Shown in pieces: positions 20,398-30,967 of a stretch of DNA of 64,000 nt. Under the pieces are notes generated by a model, which worked only from the letters and a program-made list of their open reading frames with translations, did no database searches and was not told the origin of the DNA. The first letter of the stretch is position 1. Each line of letters starts with the position of its first letter. This DNA comes from an uncultured bacterium (lineage in GTDB: Bacteria; Armatimonadota; Abditibacteriia; Abditibacteriales; Abditibacteriaceae): contig CAWJLW010000006.1 of NCBI GenBank assembly GCA_963843795.1, forward strand, positions 2,232,001-2,296,000. The letters are read 5' to 3'. Position numbers and translations under genes: made by a program.

Positions 20398-21618
20398 GTG
20401 GCAACAGAAACTCAACTTATTCGGATTTTACCGGCGTGTCTGATGGCGCCTTTGCCCGAAGGCTGGACAGATTTGGGACCGGATTACACCATCGAACTGA
20501 TGCCCGAAGTCGAGCATCCCGCGGCGGTGGCAATTTCTCTGGAAACGACCGAGCCAGACGTTTTGCTGCTCGACGCGGATCGCGGCGATATGGATCCGTT
20601 TCTAGTCGCCAAAAATGCTATCGCGGCGCGCGAAGGTTTGGCCGTTGTTTTCGTATCGGAGGATTCCGCGCCCGACCGTTTGCGGCGCGCGATGTTGGCC
20701 GGTGCCGAGGAGTATCTGCTCAAACCCTTAGACGCCGAGTCGATGAAGGAAAGCATCAGCGCCATCGCTTCGCATCGCACGCTGCGTCTGGTCGAAAATA
20801 CGCCCGAAGTTTCGATTGAAAGTACGCGACGCGGAGGGCTGGTTGTTGGCGTAGTCTCGGGTAAAGGTGGCATGGGCAAAACTACGATAGCTGCCAATCT
20901 GGCGGCCATCGTCGCAAAGACTTCCGATAAAGTTGCTTCGCTGGTCGGATTGGAAAGTGGCGACGGCGCGGTCGTTTTGAACTTACATCCCAAAATGGGT
21001 TTGCTCGATATGGCCAACGCCGCGCTCGAAGACGAAGGCTCTTACACGCCGGAAATCTTGAAGCAGTTCGGCGCCGAACATCGCAGCGGGCTGATGTATT
21101 GGACGTGGAGCGGTTCGGGCACTGCGGGCGGCGGCGGAATGCCAGACGATTTCCTGCAACGCACTTTCGACCTGTTCCGCGACGTGGCCGATGTGACGAT
21201 CATTGATTTTCCGCTTCTCACGGCCGATGAAGCCGCGCCAGTTTTGCCCCTGTTGGACATTATCCTGGTTGTATCGACCAGTTCCGATTTGCTGGCCCTG
21301 CGCTCGACGCGCACGTTTCTCGATTTGATGCCGCCCGAAGTAAGACAGCGCATTCGCATTGTTCTCAATCGCGCCGATCCCTCCGATATGATTTCGCGCG
21401 AAGATTTCGAGCAGACACTGGAACACAAAATTGCCGCTGTGCTGCCCAACGAACCGCAAACTACCGCTCATGCGATCAACATCGGAACGCCGTTCGTGCT
21501 GACGCAATCGCAAAGCGAAGTCGCGATCACTCTGCGAGCACTGGCGCAAAAGCTGTTCAAACTGCCTACCAACGAAGAAACCGCGCCGCGCAAACGACGC
21601 TTCATGCTTTTCGGCTAA
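20398..21618 (+). CDS. cpaE: CpaE/TadZ-like receiver + MinD-type ATPase
   Basis: REC (PDVLLLD, AMLAGAEEYLLKP), SGKGGMGKTTIAANLA, IVLNR, AINIGTPFV. Confidence 0.85.
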   Translation: MATETQLIRILPACLMAPLPEGWTDLGPDYTIELMPEVEHPAAVAISLETTEPDVLLLDADRGDMDPFLVAKNAIAAREGLAVVFVSEDSAPDRLRRAMLAGAEEYLLKPLDAESMKESISAIASHRTLRLVENTPEVSIESTRRGGLVVGVVSGKGGMGKTTIAANLAAIVAKTSDKVASLVGLESGDGAVVLNLHPKMGLLDMANAALEDEGSYTPEILKQFGAEHRSGLMYWTWSGSGTAGGGGMPDDFLQRTFDLFRDVADVTIIDFPLLTADEAAPVLPLLDIILVVSTSSDLLALRSTRTFLDLMPPEVRQRIRIVLNRADPSDMISREDFEQTLEHKIAAVLPNEPQTTAHAINIGTPFVLTQSQSEVAITLRALAQKLFKLPTNEETAPRKRRFMLFG

Positions 21619-21633
21619 AACTTAATTTCTCGT

Positions 21634-21672
21634 AAAAAGCCGCTCATCTCAAAACGATGAGCGGCTTTTTTT
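21634..21672 (+). terminator. Intrinsic terminator
   Basis: aaaaagccgctcatc-tcaaaac-gatgagcggcttttttt. Confidence 0.85.
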
Positions 21673-21786
21673 GCAAAAATTTTCCGACACAGGCATTTTG
21701 TGACGTTTTTGAGACGCTCGAATTTTAAGCTCAAGGTGAATCAATTCAACAGAGAAAATCGAAAGCGCAGTTGAAAAGGAGACAAG

Positions 21787-22458
21787 GTGAGAACAATCAA
21801 ACAAAAAAAGCTCTCGGCGTGGTGCTTCGTGTTGATGGCCAGCATCGGCCTAGCACTGCTTTTGAACGCGCACGTTTCGCAGGGGCAAGGCAATAAACCC
21901 AGTTTGCGCGACCGCATAAAAATACCGAAAAGTTCCACCACAGAAGAAACCACACCACCCATAACTGCCCAACCAGCACCCAAAAGTACTTTGAACGACA
22001 AAATTGATGCAAGTGCCAGTGGCGTAAAAATTTGGAAAAATCAACGTTTGGTGCTTTCGGCTGAAGGCTCAACGCTGACAACTCCCGTGATTTCGGGCCG
22101 CATCAATCAAGCTCAAAACAGCGAGGGCGAAATTTGGCTGACGGTTTCTTACGACGACGGTGCACCATTCACGATGGCCAAAGCTCGCGATATTCATCTC
22201 GACACCTTAAGCAGCTCGCACGACGGCGACGCAGCCAGTCTCGACATAAGCGGCTCAAAGCCCGACGAAGGTTTGTGGCATTTCGTGCTTCCCCAGATCC
22301 GACCCGGCAATCATTTTTATCGCATCCGTGTCGAAAGCGAAATTGACGCCTGGCACACCAATTACAGCGCCCAAATCATCGCCCGCGCCAATTATACCCG
22401 AATGCCTTTCTGGAACGCGCAGCGCATTGATGGCACCATCTGGCAACCACCAAATTAA
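21787..22458 (+). CDS. Secreted hypothetical protein
   Basis: RBS AAGGAG, GTG start, signal peptide; no recognised domain. Confidence 0.65.
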   Translation: MRTIKQKKLSAWCFVLMASIGLALLLNAHVSQGQGNKPSLRDRIKIPKSSTTEETTPPITAQPAPKSTLNDKIDASASGVKIWKNQRLVLSAEGSTLTTPVISGRINQAQNSEGEIWLTVSYDDGAPFTMAKARDIHLDTLSSSHDGDAASLDISGSKPDEGLWHFVLPQIRPGNHFYRIRVESEIDAWHTNYSAQIIARANYTRMPFWNAQRIDGTIWQPPN

Positions 22459-22497
22459 ATTTGTGAAGGACTACTTTCACTCACGGAGCAAAAGACC

Positions 22498-23238
22498 ATG
22501 AAATTCAGCATACCTTTGAAATCTATAGCGCTAAGCGGCACTTTGTTGGCAATCGGCGTCGCGGCAGGCGCAGCCACCAGTGCGCGCTTGACACTCAATG
22601 GCAAAACCGCTTCGAATGATGTGCGCGTTATCGCTGGCAGCGCTTATGTCAAGCTGACCGATGTAGCCCGCGCCTTGGATATGGTTGTGGTCAAAAATGG
22701 CAACGGCTACGAAATCAAAAAAGCAGGCGGCACCGGCCAAGTCGGAAATTTGAACGGCAAAATCGGTGATGTGCTGTTCGATGGCAAATGGCGTTTGCAA
22801 GTTTTGGAAATGCAAACGCCCGAAGCTTACACCATTAAAGCGCCCGATGTCGAACCGACCACCAATGCGTGGGATTTAATCAAGTGGGATCGAGCCAGTC
22901 AAACCATGCGCGCCACTTCCGGCTACCATTTGGTGTTACTGCGCTGCCGTGTGACCAATGGACAAAAAACCAAACAAACGCTGTGGACTTCGCCTAACGA
23001 CGAAGCAATGCACACCGCTCTAACCGATTTGAACGGCGGCTCGCACATTCCCGCCGCCTACGATTACGCGGGGGCAGCAAATCAAACCAAGCCCTTGTTG
23101 CCCGGCGAAATTATTAATTTTGCCCTGTTATTTAGTGTGCCCAACGATACGCGCACCAAAGACCTGATTTTTTCTCTAAAAAACAACGAATACGCCACTA
23201 AGCCTACCGATGTGCGCGTTTCACTCGACCCACAGTAA
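22498..23238 (+). CDS. Secreted hypothetical protein (DUF4352-like Ig fold C-terminus)
   Basis: Signal peptide, YVKLTDVARALD, C-terminal LLPGE.....LLFSVP pattern. Confidence 0.65.
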   Translation: MKFSIPLKSIALSGTLLAIGVAAGAATSARLTLNGKTASNDVRVIAGSAYVKLTDVARALDMVVVKNGNGYEIKKAGGTGQVGNLNGKIGDVLFDGKWRLQVLEMQTPEAYTIKAPDVEPTTNAWDLIKWDRASQTMRATSGYHLVLLRCRVTNGQKTKQTLWTSPNDEAMHTALTDLNGGSHIPAAYDYAGAANQTKPLLPGEIINFALLFSVPNDTRTKDLIFSLKNNEYATKPTDVRVSLDPQ

Positions 23239-23399
23239 CCCATCAACACCTCGCGGCCATCAGCAAGTACTTGCAGCGCTTCTCTGCAAAATGGGAATGT
23301 AACAGCCGATCAACATCGACACCCCCCGACAAAAGCCATCGCGTGCAATTTCGCGATGGCTTTTGTCACATCGACCTGCTTTCGGCGTGTTTGCACCGA

Positions 23400-23439
23400 C
23401 CAAAAAGCGCATGGCAAGTACTTGCCATGCGCTTTTTGG
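23400..23439. repeat. 40-bp perfect palindrome centred on GCAAGTACTTGC
   Basis: ccaaaaagcgcatgGCAAGTACTTGCcatgcgctttttgg. Confidence 0.9.
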
Positions 23440-23888
23440 GAATTATTTGAACCCACCACGCAAAAAAGTTGCGTGCGGACAGCAAACTCAGGCTTTTTGA
23501 TGTCAAAAACCAACCACTTCAGGGTATAAAATGGCGGTGCACTACGCAGTAGCATCCGTTTCGACAATTTTTGCCGTCCGAAGCTTGTGCCGCAAAAATG
23601 TGCGAAACATCACAATAACAAAAGAAAACAAAGCCTGACCATTGCTTTATTTTGAAATTGGTTTAAAATGAAGGCGATTTGAACCGTTGATTTCTCGGTC
23701 GAATTTTCTAGTTTGGTTCACGATAAACCACAATAATTGCATTCCTGAATATTGTCTTGCCAAACCGGCAGCCACTTATGAACGCCCTTAGAATTGCAGA
23801 CGAAGCATCCGGCACTATGAGCATCCATTCTCAGTCGTCTCAGTTTCAGTCTCCCCGTCCACAGATCACATTTGTGAGGAGTTATTCG

Positions 23889-26699
23889 ATGAACACGGCG
23901 AACACCGTACCGTCCCACGCCGCCCATGTCCCACCCGATATTGCACAAAATTCGCCAGAAGTTTTCGAAAGTAGCGCTTCCTTTCACTCGCTGTGGAGAG
24001 CTTCTTCGCGCAAGCCCGCGCGTTGGAGCGCATTGGCTCTGCTGGGTCTGTGGTTCACGATGTTGCCTGCCGTTGCCGCGCCCGATGCCAGCGTAGAATC
24101 CAGTTCAGTGCAGGCTTTGCCGCGCTGGATTGCGCAAACCGCGCCCGCGGAGAATTCTACGTTGCCTTCGCTAAGTGTTGTGCCGATTCCGACACCGTCG
24201 CGCGCTTATTTTCACGAGCGCCAGTCATTGATTCCCGATGAGAACACGAACGATTCCCGGCCCACACTGCTTTCTAAACCTCAGCCCCGACCCGCTACAA
24301 GCGCCAAAATCGTGCGCGTCAGTAGCGCGGTGCGTCCCACTGCCAAAACTCGTGCGCGCGTCGCCGCCAACAATGCTGTTCGAAACGTGAAATTCAAAAG
24401 TGAGGCTTTGGCGCCCTTGCTGCCCAAAGCGATGGCTCACAGCCAGTCGCGCGTGGCCGATTTGCCCGCCGCAACCACGCCGCCGCCCAGGTTGCCGGAA
24501 ATTATCAACTCCGGTACGGGAGCCAACACGACCGATAGCCAATCGCTGCCGCAAGGTTTGCCAGCGATGCGTAAAATCATCGAAGTTTCGGCGCTCAAGC
24601 TGCCGCTGGGCAATGCACTGCCAGAGCGCTATCGCGCGGCTGCGGTTTCTGCCGACAATCCCAACGCCCCAACGCGCCGAACGCGATTGGCTCAAGACTC
24701 CGAAGCGCCGCCGGTACGGCCCGAAGAGCCGGTTACCAGTTCGGATCGTCTGCCCAACCAAATCGAAGTTTCGGTCGGCACCTTTGTGGTGTTATTGACC
24801 ACGACCGACTTGCAAACTGTGGCAGTCGCCGACCCGAACGTGGCCGATGTCGCCGTAGTCAATGCGCGCGCGGTGCTGGTGAACGGCAAAACCCCGGGCG
24901 TGACCAGTTTGGTCATTGTAGATAACGCAAAAATCCGTCAGTACCAAGTGCGCGTCACGCCTGCCTCGGGCACACGCCCTCTGGACATCGTTCAGCAGAT
25001 CGGTTTGCCCGGCGTGACGGTGCGTCAAGTGCAAGACTCGCTAATTTTGGAAGGCGAAGTCGCCAATGCCGACGAGGCCAAACGCGCTGCCGAAGTGGCG
25101 GCGGCCTATAATCCGAAAATTATTAATCAATTAGTGGTGCGCGATGCAATGGGCATCGAAGGCACCAAGTCGGCACAAATTCAAGACACAATAAACTTGC
25201 CCAATGTGCGCGTGCGTAGCGTTGGTGAAACCGTGTTTTTGGACGGCACCGTCGAAACGCAAGCCGAGTATCAGCGCGCCCAAACCGTTGCTGAAGCGCT
25301 TGCGACCAAAGTTGTCAATCTGTTGGCGCTTCCGACAACAACCATCGAGCAGGCACGCGAAGCGATTACCGGTAGCATCACAGAATTGCAGCCGCTCCCC
25401 GGCCAAACCTTGCCCCCGCTGACGGTAAAGCAGGTTGGCGATCAGATTATTCTCAGCGGCCAAGTGCCTAATCAGGCGCAAATCGAGCAAGCGTTGGCCG
25501 CCGCCGGACGAACTGGCTTACAAGTCGTTAATCGCTTGCAAGTCGCGGCTGCGCCCTCAATCAACGACGCGTTGTCAAGTGTGGTTACCGCAGCCATCGG
25601 ACGTCCCAACATTCGAGTCAGCGGTTCCGCACAGCGACTGGTGTTGGAAGGTCATGTGCCCGATTCCAATGCGGCGGTGGCAGCGGTGCAGATCGCGCGT
25701 GCCTTTACGCGCGAAGTCGATAACCTGCTGCAAGTAGAAAATCCAATTTTGGTTAACGTCGATATTTCTATTGTCGAAATTAACAAAACCAACGCCCGTA
25801 ATTTGGGCATCCAATTGGGTTCGGCTTCGTTGCTCACGGAAAATATTGTGACTACGCCCGCGACCGTCGTGCCCGGCACACCTGCCAATGGCACAACGCC
25901 CGCAACGCCTGCGACCGTAATTCCTGGCACGACACAGCGCACGACAACTATCGACCCGACTTTGCGTCCCGGTCTTTTTGGCCTTGGCGAAAGTGTGACG
26001 GGCGCGTTTCGTAATCTCGATCCGCTGCGCGTGCGATTGGACGCACTTTACACCAGCGGCAAGGCGCGCCTGCTTTCGAATCCGCGCACGACGGTGATTT
26101 CGGGCCGCACCGCGACCTTTCAGGTCGGCGGACAGGTTCCTGTGCCGTCGCTTTCGTCTGCGACCGCAACCGGGACGACAACCGGCATCACGTTTAAGGA
26201 TTACGGTATCTTGCTTGATGTGACCGCCAACGCGAATGCCGATGGCGTAGTCACGATGCGCGTGCGTGCCGAAGTTTCTGCGCCCGACTTCACGACCGGA
26301 GTGACACCTCCGGGCGGAGGTAGCCCGATTCCAGGCTTCACGCGCCGTTCGACCGTGACCGAAGTGACCACAACGCCCAACGGAACTCTGGCGTTATCCG
26401 GTTTGGTTTCGAGCGATGTCACGGCCAACATCAACAAAATTCCGATTTTGAGCCAAATTCCCATTCTAGGCAAATTGTTCCAATCGAAATCGTTTCAGCG
26501 CAACGAAAGCGAACTGGTTATCTTTGTGCGACCTACTGTGATTTCAGGATCGCTGGCTGCAGGCCAAACCGCTCCCGGCGGCGTCGTCGCTTCGGATAAT
26601 ACGACTAACATTGGCACGATAACCGGCAATCCCGGTATCACCACGTTCAACAACGGCGCCAGCATCATCAGTGGTGGCGGTGCAGCCACCGCACAGTAA
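23889..26699 (+). CDS. cpaC: CpaC/RcpA-type Flp pilus secretin with several BON-like domains
   Basis: RBS GAGGAG at 23876; [21 protein letters not shown]-domain, BON-like repeats, secretin core ([51 protein letters not shown]). Start uncertain. Confidence 0.9.
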   Translation: MNTANTVPSHAAHVPPDIAQNSPEVFESSASFHSLWRASSRKPARWSALALLGLWFTMLPAVAAPDASVESSSVQALPRWIAQTAPAENSTLPSLSVVPIPTPSRAYFHERQSLIPDENTNDSRPTLLSKPQPRPATSAKIVRVSSAVRPTAKTRARVAANNAVRNVKFKSEALAPLLPKAMAHSQSRVADLPAATTPPPRLPEIINSGTGANTTDSQSLPQGLPAMRKIIEVSALKLPLGNALPERYRAAAVSADNPNAPTRRTRLAQDSEAPPVRPEEPVTSSDRLPNQIEVSVGTFVVLLTTTDLQTVAVADPNVADVAVVNARAVLVNGKTPGVTSLVIVDNAKIRQYQVRVTPASGTRPLDIVQQIGLPGVTVRQVQDSLILEGEVANADEAKRAAEVAAAYNPKIINQLVVRDAMGIEGTKSAQIQDTINLPNVRVRSVGETVFLDGTVETQAEYQRAQTVAEALATKVVNLLALPTTTIEQAREAITGSITELQPLPGQTLPPLTVKQVGDQIILSGQVPNQAQIEQALAAAGRTGLQVVNRLQVAAAPSINDALSSVVTAAIGRPNIRVSGSAQRLVLEGHVPDSNAAVAAVQIARAFTREVDNLLQVENPILVNVDISIVEINKTNARNLGIQLGSASLLTENIVTTPATVVPGTPANGTTPATPATVIPGTTQRTTTIDPTLRPGLFGLGESVTGAFRNLDPLRVRLDALYTSGKARLLSNPRTTVISGRTATFQVGGQVPVPSLSSATATGTTTGITFKDYGILLDVTANANADGVVTMRVRAEVSAPDFTTGVTPPGGGSPIPGFTRRSTVTEVTTTPNGTLALSGLVSSDVTANINKIPILSQIPILGKLFQSKSFQRNESELVIFVRPTVISGSLAAGQTAPGGVVASDNTTNIGTITGNPGITTFNNGASIISGGGAATAQ

Positions 26700-26825
26700 A
26701 CGGCACAGTAATTACGCAGCAACGATATTTCGCAAGTACTTGCAGCGGGCAAAAAGTCTCGAAGCACGTTGCAAGTACTTGCGGTGCATAAAACCCGGGG
26801 CATTGCAGCGGGGAAGGAAATTATC

Positions 26826-27995
26826 ATGGCACGCAATAATCGACCTATCATCATCGGAGCCGCCGTTCTGGGCGTGCTGGCATTGCTATCGACAATGTTC
26901 ATCTTGTTTTCCGGCGGCTCAGCGCCTACACCCGCACCCGGCGTAGGGAGCGGGCCAGCACCTATCGAAGCACCCAAACAGGTGCAATACGAAGCGATTC
27001 GCGACATTCCGCCGCGCACCGAACTGACTTCTTCGATGTTTCGTCCCGTCGATGCCGATGCCAGCAACGCCATTCCCGGCGCACTGACCACGCTGGACGA
27101 TTTGAATGGTCGTCTGTCCAACGAAACCATTGGTGCCGGTCAGGTCGTGACGCGCGACATGACTGTCGAGCCGGTTGCCCGGGTGATTCCAGCGAATATT
27201 CCGATTCCGCCCAACACGCGCGCGGTGGCCATTTTCGTCGATCCTAACCAAACCGCTGCCGGTTTGGTAGATCGCGGGGACCGTGTCGATGTCATCGCGA
27301 CTCACACTTTTCCAGTCACGACCGGCCCCAACCAGCGCGTTACGGGTTCGGCGCAAGTCACCAGCGGCCGCGTCATCGCACAGGATCTATTAGTATTGGC
27401 CGTCGATAAATCTATCGCAGCGCCGCCAAAAGTCGCACCCGCACCAGCAGGGGCTCAGGACCCCAACGCCGCTGCTGGTGCAGCGGCTCCGCCTCCGGTG
27501 CCCACTCCGGTGCCGCCACCAGCCAATGCCAACTCCGGTGCCAGCATGCGGGTTTTGTTAGCCGCTCCCATCGAAGTAGCCGCGCGTTTGGTTGCTGCCG
27601 AACAAGATGGCAAGCTCCACATCGTGATTCGTAACCCGTCAACCACCGAGCAGTTTCCCGTTCCTGAAGCGCGCGAATATCCTTCGCGCGTTGTACAAAA
27701 TCCAGTCGCAGCCTCTGCCAAACCCGCCGCTGCTAACAACGGGAACAACAATTCGGCTAACAACAATGCGGGCGGCAATGGGACGCGCTCTCGTCGTAGC
27801 AACGAGGATATGATGGGAAGCTCACAGCCCATGATGCCCGCTCCCAACGTTAATACACCAGTTATCCTGCCACCGGCCGCTATTCCACCATCCAGCAATT
27901 CCAATGTGCCGCCGCCCGCTCCTGCTCCCAATCCTGAAAAGGAAATCACCGTCATTCGTGGAACGGAAAAAACTCGCGTCATCGTGCCACGCTAA
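26826..27995 (+). CDS. cpaB: Flp pilus assembly protein CpaB/RcpC
   Basis: N-terminal TM, SAF (AIRDIPPRT), RAVAI.V...AAGLVDRGDRVDVI, IAQDLLVLAVD, Pro-rich tail ending ITVIRG. Confidence 0.88.
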   Translation: MARNNRPIIIGAAVLGVLALLSTMFILFSGGSAPTPAPGVGSGPAPIEAPKQVQYEAIRDIPPRTELTSSMFRPVDADASNAIPGALTTLDDLNGRLSNETIGAGQVVTRDMTVEPVARVIPANIPIPPNTRAVAIFVDPNQTAAGLVDRGDRVDVIATHTFPVTTGPNQRVTGSAQVTSGRVIAQDLLVLAVDKSIAAPPKVAPAPAGAQDPNAAAGAAAPPPVPTPVPPPANANSGASMRVLLAAPIEVAARLVAAEQDGKLHIVIRNPSTTEQFPVPEAREYPSRVVQNPVAASAKPAAANNGNNNSANNNAGGNGTRSRRSNEDMMGSSQPMMPAPNVNTPVILPPAAIPPSSNSNVPPPAPAPNPEKEITVIRGTEKTRVIVPR

Positions 27996-28002
27996 AATTC
28001 CT

Positions 28003-28050
28003 AAACGGAGAAAGCGCTCTGCAAGTACTTGCAGAGCGCTTTTTCCGTTT
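28003..28050. terminator. Bidirectional hairpin centred on GCAAGTACTTGC
   Basis: aaacggagaaagcgctctGCAAGTACTTGCagagcgctttttccgttt between convergent cpaB and the metal permease. Confidence 0.75.
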
Positions 28051-28058
28051 TACATTCA

Positions 28059-29189
28059 TCAGGTGCGCTTTTTGATGCTCGCGAAAATCAACGCTCCTAG
28101 AAGCCAGATGAAAGCAAATAAAACGCTGGCCGCCGAAGCCGGAACGTCGAACGAAAATAACGAAAAATGTAAGCCCAATACAACTGAAGTTGCGCCTAAC
28201 AACGGCGCTAATAGCAGCGCATTTTTCATGCGATCACACAGCAACAGTGCGGTCGCGGCGGGCATGACCAACATCGCTGAAGTGAGCAGAACGCCACCGG
28301 CGCGAATCGAAAGCGCGATGGTAATTCCAATCGTCAGAAAAAGCGTAAAATCCCACAGCGCGGCGTTCCAGCCCAGCGTTGTGGCCTGATCGCGGTCAAA
28401 AGAAACCAGAGTCCATTCTTTGCGAAACAAAGCGTGCGCACCCGCAATGACAAAGAAAATCGCCGCCATTTGCAGTGTTTCAGTACTATCGACCGTTAAT
28501 ACGTCGCCCTGCATCAACTTCAACATTTCGGCTTCGCCGTGTGCGTTTTTGGCGATGAGCATTACCCCGACTGCTGCGGCAATCGCGTAAACCAAACCAA
28601 TCGAAGTCTCGCCCGGAAAACGGCGCGAAGCCAAACGCAGCGAAAACAAAATCGTGCCCAGCAAAGTAAGAATTGCCGAAGCCAGCAGAGGCGAAAAGCC
28701 CAGTAATAAGCCCAATGCCACACCCGCCGAGGACATTTCGGCTAAAGCTACACCGACGAAAACGATGCGTTTCAACACTACATAAACGCCCAGATAACCG
28801 CACAGCAACGCCACCAAAAGTGCCGCAACTAAAGCGCGACGCATAAATTCGTGTTCCGGCCCAGAAAACGAGCTCCACACCTGCCACCATTGCACCGGCT
28901 TCGGATCGTGCAACTGCGTCAATTCGTCGCTCGCCACGCCGTGTTGATGCGGCACAGCGGGCGCAACAGGTAACGGCGTTAAAGACGCGTCGGGCGTCAT
29001 GGAAACAGTGGGAATTTGGTCGGGAATCGGCTCATCTTCGATGTTCTGTGCACGCGCACCGGTGAAAGCAGTGAATGACAGCAAAATACACAGCAGCAAA
29101 GGTGTAAAGCTGTGCTGCAAGTACTTGCGGGAATTCGCGGCAGTGCTTCCTCTAACTAGAGCTAAATTTCTCAGCAGATTTTTCATCAT
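28059..29189 (-). CDS. Zn/Mn ABC transporter permease (ZnuB-like) with N-terminal extension
   Basis: FMRRAL, LGVYVVLKRIVF, SFDRDQA..LG, GVLLTSAMLVMPAATA. Confidence 0.9.
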   Translation of the reverse strand: MMKNLLRNLALVRGSTAANSRKYLQHSFTPLLLCILLSFTAFTGARAQNIEDEPIPDQIPTVSMTPDASLTPLPVAPAVPHQHGVASDELTQLHDPKPVQWWQVWSSFSGPEHEFMRRALVAALLVALLCGYLGVYVVLKRIVFVGVALAEMSSAGVALGLLLGFSPLLASAILTLLGTILFSLRLASRRFPGETSIGLVYAIAAAVGVMLIAKNAHGEAEMLKLMQGDVLTVDSTETLQMAAIFFVIAGAHALFRKEWTLVSFDRDQATTLGWNAALWDFTLFLTIGITIALSIRAGGVLLTSAMLVMPAATALLLCDRMKNALLLAPLLGATSVVLGLHFSLFSFDVPASAASVLFAFIWLLGALIFASIKKRT

Positions 29190-29938
29190 GCCACCACCCG
29201 TCGTCCGCCGACTTCCATCACTTGCAGCGGCAAACCGTAAAAATCGCTGAGGAATTCGCTTTGCATCACATCATGCGCGGACGCGAACGCGCAGCGTCCA
29301 TCACGCAAAAGTCCGATTTCGCGCGCGTGATTAGCGACTGTGTTCAGTGAATGGCTCACCATCACGACCGCGAAATGGCGCGCGGCGTGCAGTTCGTCCA
29401 GCATCTTCATAATGGCGCGCTCGCCCGCGATGTCCAAATCGTTGGTGTGTTCGTCCAAAACCAGCACATCTGGCGCGCCAATGAGCGCACGCGCTACCAA
29501 AGCGCGCTGTTTCTGGCCGCCCGATAGCTCGCGATACAAACGCTCGCCCAAAGCCGCAATGCCAACTTCTTCCAGCGCAGCTTGCACTTGTTGTTCGTGT
29601 TCGCGCGATGGGCGACGCACAATTCCGATGCGCCGATACAAGCCCATCATCACAACTTCATTGACGCGCAGTGGGAAAATTTCATCAACGTTTTGCAGTT
29701 GCGGCACATAACCGAAATGAACCTCGTCCGCGCGCTCGATGCGACCGGTTAGCGCGGAAAGCAAACCCAAAATCGACTTGAGAAGCGTGGTTTTGCCCGA
29801 ACCATTCGCGCCGACAATCGCGACGTAATCGCCGCGCGCCACAGTGAAATCTAAGTCGCGCAAAATCGCGCGTCGTCCGTAGCCCAGCGTCACGTTTTGA
29901 TATCGCAACAATGCGTTTTTCTCTATATTCTTATTCAT
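29186..29938 (-). CDS. Zn/Mn ABC transporter ATP-binding protein (ZnuC-like)
   Basis: GANGSGKTT, GYVPQ, LSGGQKQR, LVLDE, MVSH. Confidence 0.93.
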   Translation of the reverse strand: MNKNIEKNALLRYQNVTLGYGRRAILRDLDFTVARGDYVAIVGANGSGKTTLLKSILGLLSALTGRIERADEVHFGYVPQLQNVDEIFPLRVNEVVMMGLYRRIGIVRRPSREHEQQVQAALEEVGIAALGERLYRELSGGQKQRALVARALIGAPDVLVLDEHTNDLDIAGERAIMKMLDELHAARHFAVVMVSHSLNTVANHAREIGLLRDGRCAFASAHDVMQSEFLSDFYGLPLQVMEVGGRRVVA

Positions 29939-29984
29939 CGCAAGAAAAACGCCGGTGCAAGTACTTGCACCGGCGCATAAATCG

Positions 29985-30896
29985 TTAAAATGCGTTGCGC
30001 GTGGTATCGACCAGTTTGTCGAGCATATTGAAATACGCGCCCGTGTTGAGCGAACTCACCGAATACGGACCGACACTGACTTTACCGCCGACTTGCTTGG
30101 CGACCAGGTTCGGATAGCGCAGCGGGTAAATGCCCTCAATGAGAATCGCTTTGACATTATTTTGCTTCATCGCCGCCAGCAGATCGTTGATGTGGCGCGC
30201 GTTGGGTGGAATGCCGGGACGCGGCTCCATCGTGCCCAGCTGCTGAATGCCAAAACGACGCAAAAAATAATTGTAGTTGCGATGATATGTCACCAGTTTT
30301 TTGCCGGCATAGGGCGCGAGTTCGCGCTTCCATGCTTCGGTTTTAGCCAATAGCGTTTTGCGAAAATTGGCGTAACCCGCGCGGTAATCGCCAGCGTTTT
30401 TAGGATCGACCTTCACCAATCCTTTGGTGATATTGCGCGCGGCGTAAATCGCATATACCGGATCGTAGTAATAGTGCGGATTGCCCTGTGGGTGTACGTC
30501 ACCCGACGCGCCATTGATAGCACTTTGTGGAACTTCAATTTTCGGCACCTGATATGAAGCATCGACATATTTGCTGCCGCCGGGCCGAATTTGCGTGTTG
30601 CCGGTCGCGTTGGAAAGCGAAGCCAGCCACGGATCGAGACCCGAGCCCACGCTCACCACCAAGTCGGCTTTTGCCAAACGCGCCACATCGCTGGGCCGCG
30701 CTTCGACTGTATGATAATCCTGATTGGGTTTGGCAACCGAATAAACGCTCACATCGCTGCCGCCAATATCTTTGGTGATGGCCGCCAGTTCGGGAATCGA
30801 AGTCACCACATCGGTGGCCGCTTGCGCGTTAGAAACGGCAAGCAGAAAAGTTGCGCCGCCCAGCGCAAGAGTGAAAATACGAGAAATCTGTTTCAT
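29985..30896 (-). CDS. Zn/Mn ABC transporter substrate-binding protein (ZnuA/TroA-like)
   Basis: QDYH.VEARPSD, GDVHPQGNPHYYYDP, VTYH, EPRPGIPP..RH. Confidence 0.92.
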   Translation of the reverse strand: MKQISRIFTLALGGATFLLAVSNAQAATDVVTSIPELAAITKDIGGSDVSVYSVAKPNQDYHTVEARPSDVARLAKADLVVSVGSGLDPWLASLSNATGNTQIRPGGSKYVDASYQVPKIEVPQSAINGASGDVHPQGNPHYYYDPVYAIYAARNITKGLVKVDPKNAGDYRAGYANFRKTLLAKTEAWKRELAPYAGKKLVTYHRNYNYFLRRFGIQQLGTMEPRPGIPPNARHINDLLAAMKQNNVKAILIEGIYPLRYPNLVAKQVGGKVSVGPYSVSSLNTGAYFNMLDKLVDTTRNAF

Positions 30897-30967
30897 GATA
30901 GAACTCCTATTGGAAAAATGAAATTTGGAACGTAGAATCGGCGCTGCATGTACTTGCAGCACGGATT

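Noticed and set aside
26691..26711. GCACAGTAA duplicated around the cpaC stop codon
   Set aside because: A 9-bp duplication only 3 bp apart; no element between the copies.
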